Of a DNA stretch of 55,924 nucleotides, positions 33,209-44,554 are shown piece by piece. A program made the translations under genes and the position numbers. Position 1 is the first letter of the stretch, and each line of letters begins with the position of its first letter. The DNA comes from an uncultured Clostridia bacterium (GTDB taxonomy: Bacteria; Bacillota; Clostridia; TANB77; CAG-508), in assembly GCA_947585105.1 (NCBI GenBank), contig CANPWV010000006.1, positions 1 to 55,924 of the forward strand. Direction: 5' to 3'. Under the pieces are notes generated by a model. That model was not told the origin of the DNA, did no database searches, and was given only the letters and a program-made list of their open reading frames with translations.

Positions 33209-34352
33209 ATGGAGAAATCGTTTTATTTTGATCACGCTGCTACAACAGCGTTAGATAGTAGAGTTTTTGAAGAGATGGTTCCATTTTTTTTAAAATCTTA
33301 TGGAAATCCATCTTCTATATATAGTCTTGGAAAAGAATCTAAATATGCAATAGATATTGCTAGAATGAGAGTGGCTTCTAGCATTAATTGTAAAACAAAT
33401 GAAATATATTTTACAAGTGGTGGAACAGAAAGCGATAATTTGGCTATAAAAGGAATTGCTATGGCAAATAGAAATTACGGAAATCATATTATTACTTCAA
33501 AAATAGAACATCCAGCTGTTTTAAATTCTTGCAAATCCTTAGAAAAGATGGGATTTAAAGTAACTTATCTAAATGTAGATAGTCTTGGAAGAATTGATTT
33601 AAATGAACTTGAAAGAGCTATTACAAGACAAACAATCTTGATTTCTATAATGTTTGCAAACAATGAGATTGGAACGATTCAAGATATCAAGGAAATTGGA
33701 AGAATTGCTCAAAAATATAAGGTTATTTTTCATACAGATACTGTTCAAGCTATTGGAAATTGCACTATAAATGTTAGAGATATGAAAATAGATAGTTTAT
33801 CGATGTCTAGTCATAAATTTTATGGTCCAAAGGGAGTAGGAGTCTTATATATTAGAAATGGAATTAATTTTGTAAGGCAAAATGATGGTGGACATCAAGA
33901 GCAAGATAAACGTTCTGGAACAGAAAATACTGCTGGAATTGTTGGAACTGGAAAGGCGATAGAGATTGCTACAAATGAATTAGAAAGTTATAATGAAAAA
34001 TTAAAGATTTTAAGCGATTATTATATTAGAGAAGTTTCAAATAGAATTCCAAATATAAAAATAAATGGTGATTTAAATAATAAACTTGCTCGGAAACAAT
34101 AATATTTGCTTTTCTGGAATAGATGGCGGAAAATTGGTTTTAGAGTTAGATAAGAAGGGAATAGCTTCTTCTAGCGGTTCTGCTTGTAGCGCGGGATTAA
34201 TAAATCCGTCACATGTTTTACTAGCAACAGGAATAAGCCCAAATTTAGCCAAAGGAAGCTTGAGAATAACTTTTGGAAGAGAAAATAATATAGATGAGGT
34301 AAAATATTTGATAGATAATTTAGTTGAAGCAGTTTCAAAAATGAGAAAATAA
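33209..34352 (+). CDS. iscS: Cysteine desulfurase (IscS/NifS); CGG +1 shift at 34091
   Basis: YFDHAATT, SSHKFYGPKG, RSGTEN. The shift joins the catalytic SSGSAC loop. Confidence 0.93.
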
Positions 34353-34404
34353 TTTTAAAAGTAAAAAAAATAACTATTTAAAATAGTTATTTTTTTTACT
34401 TGAA

Positions 34405-35314
34405 TTAGTCTTTTTTCTTATCTGTTACAACATCTTTCATTGCTCCTAGTGAACTTAAAGCTTTTGTAGCTTCAAAAGGAATGAAGATTTTATTTGCTTC
34501 GCCTTTAGCAACTTCTTGTAAAGTTTCTAAAGATTTTAATTGAACTAATTTTTCGTTTGGATCAGCTTGTTTTATAGCATCATAAACCATTTGAATTTCT
34601 TTAGCTTTAGCTTCAGCAACTTGTTTTATAGCGTCAGCCTCACCAGTAGCTCTTCTTATTCTAGCTTCTCTGTCAGCTTCAGCATCTAAGATTGCAGCTT
34701 CTTTTCTACCTTCAGCAAGAGTAATTTGAGATTGTCTTTCTCCGCTCAGCCTCTAAGATTAAAGCTCTCTTGTTACGTTCAGCGTTCATTTGTTTTTCCA
34801 TAGCATCTCTAATATCTGCTGGTGGAGTAATATCTTTGATTTCAACTCTGTCAACTTTGCAACCCCAAATATCAGTAGCTTCATCAAGAATAACTCTTAA
34901 TTTATCATTTATAGCATCACGAGATGAGAATGTTTGGTCTAATTCCATTTTACCAACAATATCACGAATTGTAGTGATTGCTAAGTATTCAATACCTTTA
35001 GTTAAATTTTGAATTTCATAAATTGCTTTTGTTGGATCTGTAATTCTATAGAACACAACAGTATCAATAGTAATTGTAACGTTATCAGAAGTGATAACAC
35101 CTTGTGGTGGAATATCCATTGTTTGTTGTTTTAAGCTAACAACAGCTCTTACATTATCAACAAATGGAACAATTATATTTACACCAGCTTCGGCTACTTT
35201 GTGAAAACGTCCAAGTCTTTCGATAATACATACTTCAGATTGTCTAACAATTCTAATAGAACGAATTGCGATAATAACGATAATTACGAATAAAACGATT
35301 AAAAATACCATCAT
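34405..35314 (-). CDS. SPFH/band 7 (QmcA-like) protein; CGG +1 shift at 34744 on the minus strand
   Basis: ERLGRF, ITSDNV, AERNKRALILEAE-G-ERQSQITLAEG. Confidence 0.9.
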
Positions 35315-35335
35315 TTAAAATTATCCTCCTTAAAT

Positions 35336-35755
35336 TTATTTAGGTTTTACAACAGCTTTAACGCCTGTTATTTTTGTTATTATAATTTCAGTATCTTTTT
35401 CTATGGTTTCACCATTTTCAGAAGTTGCTGACCAAGTTTCTCCACCAATTTTGATTTGACCTTTATTTTCAAGCGGAACTATGTCAGCTATAACTTTTCC
35501 AATTTTTCCAACATCTGAATTTACATTAGTTTGTTTTTCATGTTTAAAAAATATGTTTACAAATTTTCTTGTTGCAAAAATTAAAATTGTTGAACTTATT
35601 ATAAAAGTAGTGGCTTGAATAATGATGTTATCTGTAAAAAAGCTAACTATCATGGCAAAAACACTTCCTATAGAGAACCAAAAAACTAGAAAACCTGTTG
35701 TGATTGATTCTAATATAAGGAATAAGCCAGACATGATTACCCAAAACTTCCACAT
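35336..35755 (-). CDS. NfeD family protein
   Basis: N-terminal TM helices, GQIKIGGETWSA OB-fold, adjacent to the SPFH gene. Confidence 0.9.
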   Translation of the reverse strand: MWKFWVIMSGLFLILESITTGFLVFWFSIGSVFAMIVSFFTDNIIIQATTFIISSTILIFATRKFVNIFFKHEKQTNVNSDVGKIGKVIADIVPLENKGQIKIGGETWSATSENGETIEKDTEIIITKITGVKAVVKPK

Positions 35756-35919
35756 AAGAACTTTTCCTCCTTAATATTAACTACATACATAATTATACAA
35801 TAAATTCCACAAAAAATAAAGAGTTTTTTAGAATTTTGTAAATTTTTTAAAATTTATTTACTTTTGTCTTTAATAATGATATATTAAAAAAGTAATTTGA
35901 CATTAAAAGGAGAATTTAT

Positions 35920-37164
35920 ATGAGACAAGAATCTAGTCAAAGAGTTGTAAGTAGAGGAAATGGAGTAGTACAAAAGAGAAGCGGAAAAAAGAAAAAATTC
36001 AAAAATACAAGATTATATAAAATATTGAGAGTTCTTTTATTATTAATAATATTAATAGTAATTGTAAATATTATAAAAAATATAGTTCATAAAACTCCAG
36101 ATAAAGTAAGTCTTGTTATTGGAGATAAAAATATAAAATTAAAAAATGAAATTGAAATTGATAAAAATAATAATATTTTTGTTTCAATTGATGATATAAA
36201 AGACTTGTATGATAAAAATATTTATTATAGTAATAATATTCTTATTACTACATATAACAAACATATTGCGGTTCTTGAAATGGGTAAAACAACTATGAAA
36301 ATAAATGATGTTGTTCAAGAAATTAAAGGAACTTTAAAAGAAAAAAATGGAATTATATATTTGCCATTTTCTGATATGTCAGACGTATATGATTTTGAAG
36401 CTAGCTATAACAAAGATACAAAAATATTAAGTGTTGATTCAAAGTCACTTGAGAAAAAAGAAGCTGTTGTTCTTAAAAATTGTAAGCTAAAAGAAAGTAC
36501 AAAAATGTTTGCAAAAACAATTGAAAAAATTAAAAAGACTGAATATGTTACAGTTTTTGGAATAGAAGGAAAGTTTACACGTATTCGTACAAGTGATGGA
36601 AGTCTTGGATATGTTAAAACAAAGAAATTAGCTACTCCTGAAGTTTTATGGGAAAATATGGAAGATGAAAAATTAAAAAATGTAAATGTATTAGAAGATT
36701 ATAATAGTGTAAATTCAGGTTATGAAGTTTTACAAGATGTAAAAGAAAACTCAGTTGTAACTCCTAATTTATTTAAAATTTCTTTAAATTCAGAAAATAA
36801 AATTGAAGTTCAAAAAATATTAAGTTTTGAAAATGATATGTTTAAATCATATCAAGATTGGGCAAATCAAAGTGGAATTAATATTTGTCCAGTAGTTACT
36901 CTTGATTGTAGTATGAGCAAAGTTTGCGAAAGCTATGAATCAAGATCACTTGTTATAAATACTTTATATAATGATTTAGTAAAAAATAATTTAAATATGA
37001 TTTGTATAGATTTTAGAGAAATTGATGATATTGAAGGTCTATATAGATTTACAACTGAAATGGTTCCTAGATTTAAGAGCGCTGGAATGAAAGTTTTAAT
37101 TAAATATAATGATGTACTAAATAAAGATAGATTAAATACAATTGTTGATTTTGTAATAGATTAG
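35920..37164 (+). CDS. Membrane-anchored protein with copper-amine-oxidase-N-like, SH3-like and degenerate GH18-like regions
   Basis: TM helix; IYLPFS; RIRTSDGSLGYV; ICIDFRE (degenerate GH18 motif). Confidence 0.55.
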   Translation: MRQESSQRVVSRGNGVVQKRSGKKKKFKNTRLYKILRVLLLLIILIVIVNIIKNIVHKTPDKVSLVIGDKNIKLKNEIEIDKNNNIFVSIDDIKDLYDKNIYYSNNILITTYNKHIAVLEMGKTTMKINDVVQEIKGTLKEKNGIIYLPFSDMSDVYDFEASYNKDTKILSVDSKSLEKKEAVVLKNCKLKESTKMFAKTIEKIKKTEYVTVFGIEGKFTRIRTSDGSLGYVKTKKLATPEVLWENMEDEKLKNVNVLEDYNSVNSGYEVLQDVKENSVVTPNLFKISLNSENKIEVQKILSFENDMFKSYQDWANQSGINICPVVTLDCSMSKVCESYESRSLVINTLYNDLVKNNLNMICIDFREIDDIEGLYRFTTEMVPRFKSAGMKVLIKYNDVLNKDRLNTIVDFVID

Positions 37165-37173
37165 GAGTAAAAA

Positions 37174-38271
37174 ATGAAAAAAATTTTAATAGTATTTTTA
37201 ATATTAATTTTAATATTAGGCTTAATTGCAGGTGGAGTATTTTTATATTTGAAAAATTGGTACAGTGATAACTTAGAAGCTGTAAGCTCAAAGTCACAAG
37301 GAAAAGAAATTAGGGTAGAAATAAAAAAAGGAACTGGAACAGTTGAAATCGCTGATATTTTGGAAAAAAATAAAGTAATTAGAAATGCTGACGTTTTTAA
37401 AATTTATATTAAGCTAAATAAAATTAATAATCTTCAAGCTGGTACTTATGTTTTTAATAATGGGAAAGATAGTGTAAAATCAGTAGTAGAAAAGCTTTCA
37501 AAAGGAGAAGTTGAAGATACATCAATAAAAATTTTATTTGTTGATGGAAAAACCTTTAAAAATTACGAAGATGTGATTGTAAAAAATACTAATAATACTT
37601 TAGAAGATATTGAGAATTTAATAAATAATGAAGAATATATTAATTCTTTAATAGAAAAATATTGGTTTTTAACAGATGAAATTAAAAACGAAGATATTTA
37701 TTATTCTTTAGAAGGTTATTTGTGCCCAGATACATATACTTTTAAGAGCAAAGATGTTACAGTAGAAGAAATTTTTGATACACTTTTGACTTATACTGGA
37801 AAAATTTTAGAAGAATATAAATCAAAAATTGAAGAAAGTGGATATTCTGTTCATGAAATATTAACATTAGCTTCTATTATTGAAAAAGAGGCTGCTGACG
37901 AAAAATATATGGGAGAAATATCTGGAATATTTTATAATAGATTAGATAAGAATATGTCACTTGGAAGTGATGTTACAACATATTACGCGTTCCAAATTGA
38001 TTTATCAGAAAGTGATTTAACTAAAGATCAGTTAAATAGCTTTAATCCTTACAATACTAGAGGACCTAATATGAATGGAAAATTGCCAGTTGGACCAATT
38101 TGTAATCCATCAAAATCTGCGATAGAAGCTGCCATAAATCCAACAGATACAGATAATTATTATTTTGTATCTGATAATTCAAAAAATATGTATTTTACAA
38201 AAAGCAATAGTGAACATGATAAATTAGTAAATCAGTTAAAATCAGAAGGAAAATGGTATACTTATAATTAA
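37174..38271 (+). CDS. mltG: Endolytic transglycosylase
   Basis: LEGYLCPDTY, LASIIEKEA, NRL, SDVT, PYNT, PVGPICNP. Confidence 0.95.
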   Translation: MKKILIVFLILILILGLIAGGVFLYLKNWYSDNLEAVSSKSQGKEIRVEIKKGTGTVEIADILEKNKVIRNADVFKIYIKLNKINNLQAGTYVFNNGKDSVKSVVEKLSKGEVEDTSIKILFVDGKTFKNYEDVIVKNTNNTLEDIENLINNEEYINSLIEKYWFLTDEIKNEDIYYSLEGYLCPDTYTFKSKDVTVEEIFDTLLTYTGKILEEYKSKIEESGYSVHEILTLASIIEKEAADEKYMGEISGIFYNRLDKNMSLGSDVTTYYAFQIDLSESDLTKDQLNSFNPYNTRGPNMNGKLPVGPICNPSKSAIEAAINPTDTDNYYFVSDNSKNMYFTKSNSEHDKLVNQLKSEGKWYTYN

Positions 38272-38343
38272 ATAATTTAAAGAAAAGTGAATTTATATTC
38301 ATTTTTCTTTTTTTAAAGCATATATTTTAAACTAGGAAAAGGG

Positions 38344-39249
38344 GTGGAATATATGCTTTATTTAGATTTTGCTAAAAATAGAGAAGATTTTATTTTGGAA
38401 AAAGAGGAAAAACTTCCAAATTTTATTAAAAATATTTTATATCATTTTAGAAAATTTACTGGACAAGTTGTTTTTTATGAATTAGATGGGAAAAGAGTTG
38501 CTTTGATTTCAAAATTAAATAAGAAAACTTTTAAAAACTTAGATAAGATTTTTAAAATTGATGTTACTAAAAATGTTTGTGTTTGCGATTATTTAATAGA
38601 AAATGAGAATTTTTCTGATTTTTTGAAATCTAGAAATTTGAAGATTTTTGATGGAAAATGGCTTTTTAAATATTTGATTTGTGATATTTCAGAATTTATA
38701 TGTAAAAAGCTTGAAATGATTCCTGAAAATAATGAAATATCTTTGCTTATAGATGATCCAGATCTTCTTACTTTTGATACAATTAAAAATTTATCTCAAA
38801 AATTTAAAAATATAAATATTATAACAACTAAAATAGGGAAGTTTAGAAAGATAGAAGAAGAGATTACAAGTGAAACAGGGCTAATTTTAAATATTACAAA
38901 TAATTTCAAAAGAGCTTGTTTAAAATCAAAAATTGTTTTTAACTTTGATTTTGATGAGAAAAATTTTAGTAAAATTATATTTATGCCAAGCGCTTTTATA
39001 GTGAATTTAGATAGATTTCTTCCTGTTAAACAAAGTAATTTCGTCGGAAAAAATATTGATTTTTATAGTATAAATTTGCCAATAAAATATAAAAAAGTTT
39101 ATGACAGATTAAACAAGTTTAATTCAAGTGTTTTATATGAAAGTTTTATTTATAAAAGAACATCAAATCAAAATATTTGGAATGAAATAGAAAAAGATAA
39201 TATAGAAATTTTATTGTTAGAAAGTGAGAAAAAAAGAGTTTTTTGTTGA
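38344..39249 (+). CDS. Hypothetical protein
   Basis: 301-aa ORF in genome-typical codon usage. Confidence 0.7.
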   Translation: MEYMLYLDFAKNREDFILEKEEKLPNFIKNILYHFRKFTGQVVFYELDGKRVALISKLNKKTFKNLDKIFKIDVTKNVCVCDYLIENENFSDFLKSRNLKIFDGKWLFKYLICDISEFICKKLEMIPENNEISLLIDDPDLLTFDTIKNLSQKFKNINIITTKIGKFRKIEEEITSETGLILNITNNFKRACLKSKIVFNFDFDEKNFSKIIFMPSAFIVNLDRFLPVKQSNFVGKNIDFYSINLPIKYKKVYDRLNKFNSSVLYESFIYKRTSNQNIWNEIEKDNIEILLLESEKKRVFC

Positions 39250-39274
39250 CAAAAATAATAAAAAGAAATAAAAT
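39246..39274 (+). promoter_or_regulatory. Sigma-A promoter of fba
   Basis: TTGACA-17 bp-TAAAAT. Confidence 0.7.
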
Positions 39275-39313
39275 GTTTCTAACTTAAAAATTTATATTTA
39301 GGAGGTAATTTTT

Positions 39314-40243
39314 ATGAGTTTAGTTACAACAAAGGAAATGTTTGAAAAATCAATGAAGGAGAAATTTGCAATTGGTGCTTTTAATATAAATAATATGGAA
39401 TTTATACAAGCAATTACAGATGCTGCAAATGAAGCAAAATCACCAGTTATACTACAAGTTTCATCTGGAGCTATAAAATATGCAAGATTGCCATATTTAT
39501 TAAAAATGGTAGAGGCTGCTGTAGAAACAACAGATATTCCAATTGCTTTACATTTAGATCATGGACCAGATTTTGAAACTTGTAAAATGTGTATAGATAA
39601 TGGATTTACATCAGTTATGATTGATGCTTCATCACACGAATTTGAGGAAAATGTTAGATTGACAAAAGAAGTAGTAGATTATGCTCATAGTCATGGAGTA
39701 GTTGTTGAAGCTGAACTTGGAACTCTTGCTGGTGTAGAAGATGATGTTTCAGTAGAATCTGATGATGCTAAATATACAAATCCTGACCAAGCTTATGAAT
39801 TTGTACAAAGAACAGGTTGCGATTCATTAGCTATTGCTATTGGTACAAGCCATGGTGCTTACAAATTTAAAGGTGATGCAAAATTAAGATTTGATATATT
39901 AGAAAAAGTAAAAGAAAAATTACCTAATACTCCAATCGTTTTACATGGAGCTTCAAGCGTAATTCCTAGATTAGTAGATATGTGTAATAATAATGGAGCA
40001 AATATTCCTGGAGCAAAAGGTTGTCCAGATGAAATGTTAAAAGAGGCTGGTCAAAGAGGAGTTTCAAAAATTAATGTTGATACAGATCTTCGTTTAGCAA
40101 TGACAGCTCAAGTAAGAAGAGTATTTAATGAAAATCCTGAAGTATTTGATCCTAGAAAATATTTAGGTGCTGCTCGTGATGAAATAAAAGATGTAGTTTT
40201 AAACAAGATAAATAATGTATTTTGTTCTAATGGAAAAGCTTAA
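39314..40243 (+). CDS. fba: Class II fructose-1,6-bisphosphate aldolase
   Basis: HLDHG, VEAELG, IGTSHGAYK, VLHGASS, KINVDTD. Confidence 0.97.
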   Translation: MSLVTTKEMFEKSMKEKFAIGAFNINNMEFIQAITDAANEAKSPVILQVSSGAIKYARLPYLLKMVEAAVETTDIPIALHLDHGPDFETCKMCIDNGFTSVMIDASSHEFEENVRLTKEVVDYAHSHGVVVEAELGTLAGVEDDVSVESDDAKYTNPDQAYEFVQRTGCDSLAIAIGTSHGAYKFKGDAKLRFDILEKVKEKLPNTPIVLHGASSVIPRLVDMCNNNGANIPGAKGCPDEMLKEAGQRGVSKINVDTDLRLAMTAQVRRVFNENPEVFDPRKYLGAARDEIKDVVLNKINNVFCSNGKA

Positions 40244-40332
40244 AACAAGATTTTTTCCAAAAATTATGATTGAATTTTGAAAACAAGTATGTTAAAACAG
40301 TAATTGAAGTAAATAGTAAAGGAGATAAATAT

Positions 40333-42111
40333 ATGAGAAAATTTAAGAAAATAATTCTAATCATGATTTTAATTTTAATGATATTTTCTATAAATGAATT
40401 TGCTTCATTTGAGATAAATACTAAAAATGTAGAAGAAAATTCTCAAAGTTCTGAAATAGATTTAAATGATCCACTTTCTCAAGGAAGAAGAGTGGCTACT
40501 GACAAACCAGATGATGGAATAATGACTATCTCAGTACATACTGAAGATATTAGTTCAATCATTTCAAAATTTGAAGATGGAACAAAAGCTGTAGGAATTG
40601 ACGTTTCAGCGTGGCAAGAAGATATTGATTGGCAACAAGTTGCAAATTCAGGTGTAAAGTTTGCTATTTTGAGATGTTGCTATAGAGGAACAACAGATGG
40701 AAAATTATATGAAGATAAATATTTTAAGAAAAATATTGAAGGTGCTATAAACAACGGAATATATGTTGGTGTATATTGTTATTCTGCTGCCTTAAACGAA
40801 GATGAAGCTATTGAAGAAGCAAATATGACTTTAGACTTGATAAAAGGTTATGATATAAAATATTTTGTTGCTTATGATTATGAAGAATGGGAACCAAAAG
40901 GCCACAGAACTGATAATTTAAGCCTAGAACAAATTAATAAAAATGGTGAGGCTTTCTTATCAAAAATAAGAGAAAATGGTTATACTGCTACACTTTATGG
41001 AAGCGCTTACTATGTAAATAATAGTTGGGATAGTAAAATAACTTCAAATAATGATGTTTGGGTTGCTCACTATTATCAAGCTAAACCAAATTGCGAAAAA
41101 TATAATATTTGGCAATATTCTGATCAAGGACAAGTTCCAGGAATAAAAGGAAATGTAGATATAGACGTAGATAATACATATTATTTTATTCATAATAATA
41201 TAGATATTTCTCCATATATGTTCAATTCTACATATTATTCAGATTGCTATCCTGATTTAAAAGCTGCTTTTGGCTATAATGAAGATTTATTAAGAAACCA
41301 TTTTGAATCATGTGGTAAAAAAGAAGGAAGAACAGGAAGCCCAATATTTGATCCAGTATATTATATGAACAAATATCCAGATATTAAGAATGCTTTTGGC
41401 AATGACTATGTTGCTGCTTACAATCATTTTGTAATGTTTGGAGCTATCGAGGGAAGACAAGGTAGTAAATATGCTGACAGTAATTATTATTTAAAAACAT
41501 ATAATGATTTATTAAGAACTTTTTATTCTAGTAAAACTAAAGCCTTAGCTCATTTTATGGATTGCGGTATTAATGAAGAAAGACAAGGAAGTAGTGAATT
41601 TTTCTCAGTAGATTACAAAAATTCTACTACACCATATTATAGAAAACATCTAGGAAATGACTACATGAAATATATGGCTTTAGATAATGGTGGAAAACCA
41701 ATTATAGATAATAATATAGATATTTCAGTATATATGTTTGATCCTAAATATTATTATGACAAATATGAAGATTTAAGAACAGTAATTGGATGGGATGAAG
41801 AGGCTTTAAGACAACATTTTGAAGATTTTGGAAAAAAAGAAGGCCGTCAAGGTTCAATAATATTTGATCCAGTATATTATTTAAATGAATATCAAGATAT
41901 TAAAAATAGTTTTGGTAATGACTATGTTTCAGCTTATAATCATTTTGTAATGTTTGGAGCTGTTGAGGGAAGAAGTGGAAGTGAAGAACTTCAAGTAGGA
42001 AAGTATCTTGATAATTATATTGATTTACAAGAAACTTTCGGATCATATTATACAAAGGCGATTCAGCACTATATTCTTTTCGGAAAAAATGAGGGAAGAA
42101 AAGGAAATTAA
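40333..42111 (+). CDS. GH25 lysozyme with C-terminal repeats
   Basis: GIDVSAWQ, AYDYEE, WQYSDQG...VDID; repeats YY..YPD...FG...HF...G..EGR.GS. Confidence 0.9.
   Translation: MRKFKKIILIMILILMIFSINEFASFEINTKNVEENSQSSEIDLNDPLSQGRRVATDKPDDGIMTISVHTEDISSIISKFEDGTKAVGIDVSAWQEDIDWQQVANSGVKFAILRCCYRGTTDGKLYEDKYFKKNIEGAINNGIYVGVYCYSAALNEDEAIEEANMTLDLIKGYDIKYFVAYDYEEWEPKGHRTDNLSLEQINKNGEAFLSKIRENGYTATLYGSAYYVNNSWDSKITSNNDVWVAHYYQAKPNCEKYNIWQYSDQGQVPGIKGNVDIDVDNTYYFIHNNIDISPYMFNSTYYSDCYPDLKAAFGYNEDLLRNHFESCGKKEGRTGSPIFDPVYYMNKYPDIKNAFGNDYVAAYNHFVMFGAIEGRQGSKYADSNYYLKTYNDLLRTFYSSKTKALAHFMDCGINEERQGSSEFFSVDYKNSTTPYYRKHLGNDYMKYMALDNGGKPIIDNNIDISVYMFDPKYYYDKYEDLRTVIGWDEEALRQHFEDFGKKEGRQGSIIFDPVYYLNEYQDIKNSFGNDYVSAYNHFVMFGAVEGRSGSEELQVGKYLDNYIDLQETFGSYYTKAIQHYILFGKNEGRKGN
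41192..41975 (+). repeat. Intragenic duplication of the GH25 C-terminal module (about 41192-41465 and 41705-41975)
   Basis: Both copies contain ATAATATAGATATTTC, ATATTTGATCCAGTATATTAT and AATCATTTTGTAATGTTTGGAGCT. Confidence 0.8.
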
Positions 42112-42249
42112 ACTATGAAAATGAGTTGAGAATTTTTATTAATTCTCAACTCAAATTTTTTTAAAAAATTTAATAAATATGGTTGTTAAACTTTTTTTAT
42201 TATGATATAATGAGTTCGAAATTTAGGATGTTAAAATGGAGGAACAAAA

Positions 42250-43569
42250 TTGCTAGAAGAGGTATTATTTATATTAATAGCGTTTGCGTTGTTTATGATA
42301 ATTTTTTCTAAAATAATTAGACATAATGACTACAATTATATAGCTATTTTAGTTTTACAAGCAATAGGTATTGCAATTTGTTTTATTGAAATAAAAATTG
42401 GAATTCATTCAAATTGGTTTTTTACATTATTGAGATATTTATTATCAGTAATTTTGCCAACAGTAATAATATTTTTGGAAATAAAAGGAATTAATTTCTC
42501 AGAAATTATAACTGTAAATATTGCTAAAATATTGATAGCTTTTGGAAAAAATAAAGAAGCAAAACAATTATTAACTAAATTATCAGAAAAATATAAAGAT
42601 AGTTATATGGCTCATATACTTCTTGCTGAAATATATGAAAAAGAAGGCGGAAGAAGAAAAGCAATTGATGAATACGTTATGGCTCTAGATATTAGAGGAA
42701 ATGATTATGAGTCATATTTTAAAATTGCTAGAATGTTAAAAGAGTTAGATAAAAAAGACGAATCAGTTCAGATGCTTCAAACTCTTTTAAAAGCTAAGCC
42801 AGATTATTTAGAAGCAACTATGATTTTAGGTGAAATTTTATGCGAGCAAGATAGATTTAAAGAAGCTGCAAATGTTTATCAAGATTCTTTAAAATATCAT
42901 TCTAGTGAATATGATTTATATTACAGTTTAGGAATAGTTTTCACGAGACTTAACGATTTTTCTCAAGCTAAAGAAATGTATGAAAAAGCAGCTTCGCTTA
43001 ATCATAAATTGTTTGGAGCTTATTATAATCTTGGTCAAATTTGCTTTATCGAAAGAGATTTTGATATGGCTGAAAAATATTTTGAAAAATGTTTATATGA
43101 TGAAGAACTGGAAGCAATGTCATATTATGGATTAGCTAAAATTTATGTTATAAAAGGTTTGAAAGAAAAAGCAATTACTTTTATAAATAAAGCGATAGAA
43201 ATTGATCCAAATTTGCTAAAAAAAGCGTCAAAAGAAAGATTATTTAATGAAATAAAAGAATATATTACAGTTTCAGTAAAAATGGATGAAAAAGAACCTG
43301 AAGAAAAAACTTTAACAGAGGAAGATTTTATAGATGTTCCATATACAAAAGAATTAGGAGAAAAACAGGCTCAAGTTCATCTTGAAAATACTACTGATTT
43401 AGTTCATGATATTAAAGAAAACACTGAAAAACAGCGAGCTGAACAAATAGTAACAAATATAATTAATAAAGAAAAATTAAGAAAAATGCTTGAAGAAGAA
43501 CAAAATAAATTAGATGAAAATAATAAAGAACAAAACAGCGAAGAAAAGCAAAAAACTGACAATTTTTAA
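42250..43569 (+). CDS. Membrane-anchored TPR protein
   Basis: Three TM helices followed by TPR repeats (AYYNLGQI, YYSLGIV). Confidence 0.85.
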   Translation: MLEEVLFILIAFALFMIIFSKIIRHNDYNYIAILVLQAIGIAICFIEIKIGIHSNWFFTLLRYLLSVILPTVIIFLEIKGINFSEIITVNIAKILIAFGKNKEAKQLLTKLSEKYKDSYMAHILLAEIYEKEGGRRKAIDEYVMALDIRGNDYESYFKIARMLKELDKKDESVQMLQTLLKAKPDYLEATMILGEILCEQDRFKEAANVYQDSLKYHSSEYDLYYSLGIVFTRLNDFSQAKEMYEKAASLNHKLFGAYYNLGQICFIERDFDMAEKYFEKCLYDEELEAMSYYGLAKIYVIKGLKEKAITFINKAIEIDPNLLKKASKERLFNEIKEYITVSVKMDEKEPEEKTLTEEDFIDVPYTKELGEKQAQVHLENTTDLVHDIKENTEKQRAEQIVTNIINKEKLRKMLEEEQNKLDENNKEQNSEEKQKTDNF

Positions 43570-43641
43570 AATCATAAATATATTTTTAAATACATAAGAT
43601 GAAATAGATTTAAATTGGTCTATGTCGAAAGGAGAAAAATT

Positions 43642-44514
43642 ATGAGTAAAGTAATTTCAGTAGTTGGAGGAGACTTAAGAATTGTAAAATTAGTGGAAAT
43701 GCTAATTGAAGACAATTATACAGTTTATACTTATGGTTTGGAATATTCAGAAGAATTATTAAAATTAGATAAAGTTGAGATGTGTCCAACATTAGAAGAA
43801 GCTGTAAAAGACGCTAAAGCTGTTGTAGGTCCAATTCCATTATCAAGTGATAGAAAAAATCTTTCTATGCCTTTTAGTAATATAAAATTACCAATTGAAG
43901 ATTTTATAAATTGCTTAAATGGAAAAACACTTATTGCTGGAAATATTACAGAGCCTGTAAGAAATATTTTAGATGAAAAATCTATAGTTTATATAGATTT
44001 ATTAAAAAGAGAAGAATTTTCAGTATTAAATACAATTGCTACTGCTGAGGGAACAATTCAAATAGCTATGGAAGAAACACAAAGAACTGTTCATGGTAGA
44101 AATGTGTTAATAATGGGATTTGGAAGAATTGGAAAAGTTTTATCAAAGATGCTTTCTGGAATTGGAGCAAAGGTTTATTGTGAGGCCAGAAAAAATGAAG
44201 ATATTGCTTGGATTAAAGCTTATGGATATGAGCCAATTCATTTAAATGATTTAGATAAACATTTAGGAAAGTTTGATATTATTATAAATACAATACCATT
44301 CCAAATTTTAGACAATGATAGATTAGAATTATTAAAGAAAGATGTTTTAATAATAGATCTTGCTTCTAACCCAGGTGGTGTTGATAGAAAAGCTGCAAAA
44401 GAAAAAAATGTTAAACTTGTTTGGGCTTTATCACTTCCTGGAAAAGTTGCGCCAGTTACTAGTGCGGAATTTATTAAGGAAACATTGTACCACGCTCTAA
44501 AAGAAATGGAGTAA
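43642..44514 (+). CDS. spoVFA: Dipicolinate synthase subunit A
   Basis: VGGDLR, NTIATAEG, GFGRIGK, IDLASNPGG, LPGKVAP. Confidence 0.93.
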   Translation: MSKVISVVGGDLRIVKLVEMLIEDNYTVYTYGLEYSEELLKLDKVEMCPTLEEAVKDAKAVVGPIPLSSDRKNLSMPFSNIKLPIEDFINCLNGKTLIAGNITEPVRNILDEKSIVYIDLLKREEFSVLNTIATAEGTIQIAMEETQRTVHGRNVLIMGFGRIGKVLSKMLSGIGAKVYCEARKNEDIAWIKAYGYEPIHLNDLDKHLGKFDIIINTIPFQILDNDRLELLKKDVLIIDLASNPGGVDRKAAKEKNVKLVWALSLPGKVAPVTSAEFIKETLYHALKEME

Positions 44515-44554
44515 TTTCCACGAGGATTAAAAACATAAGAAGGAAATTTATAAA

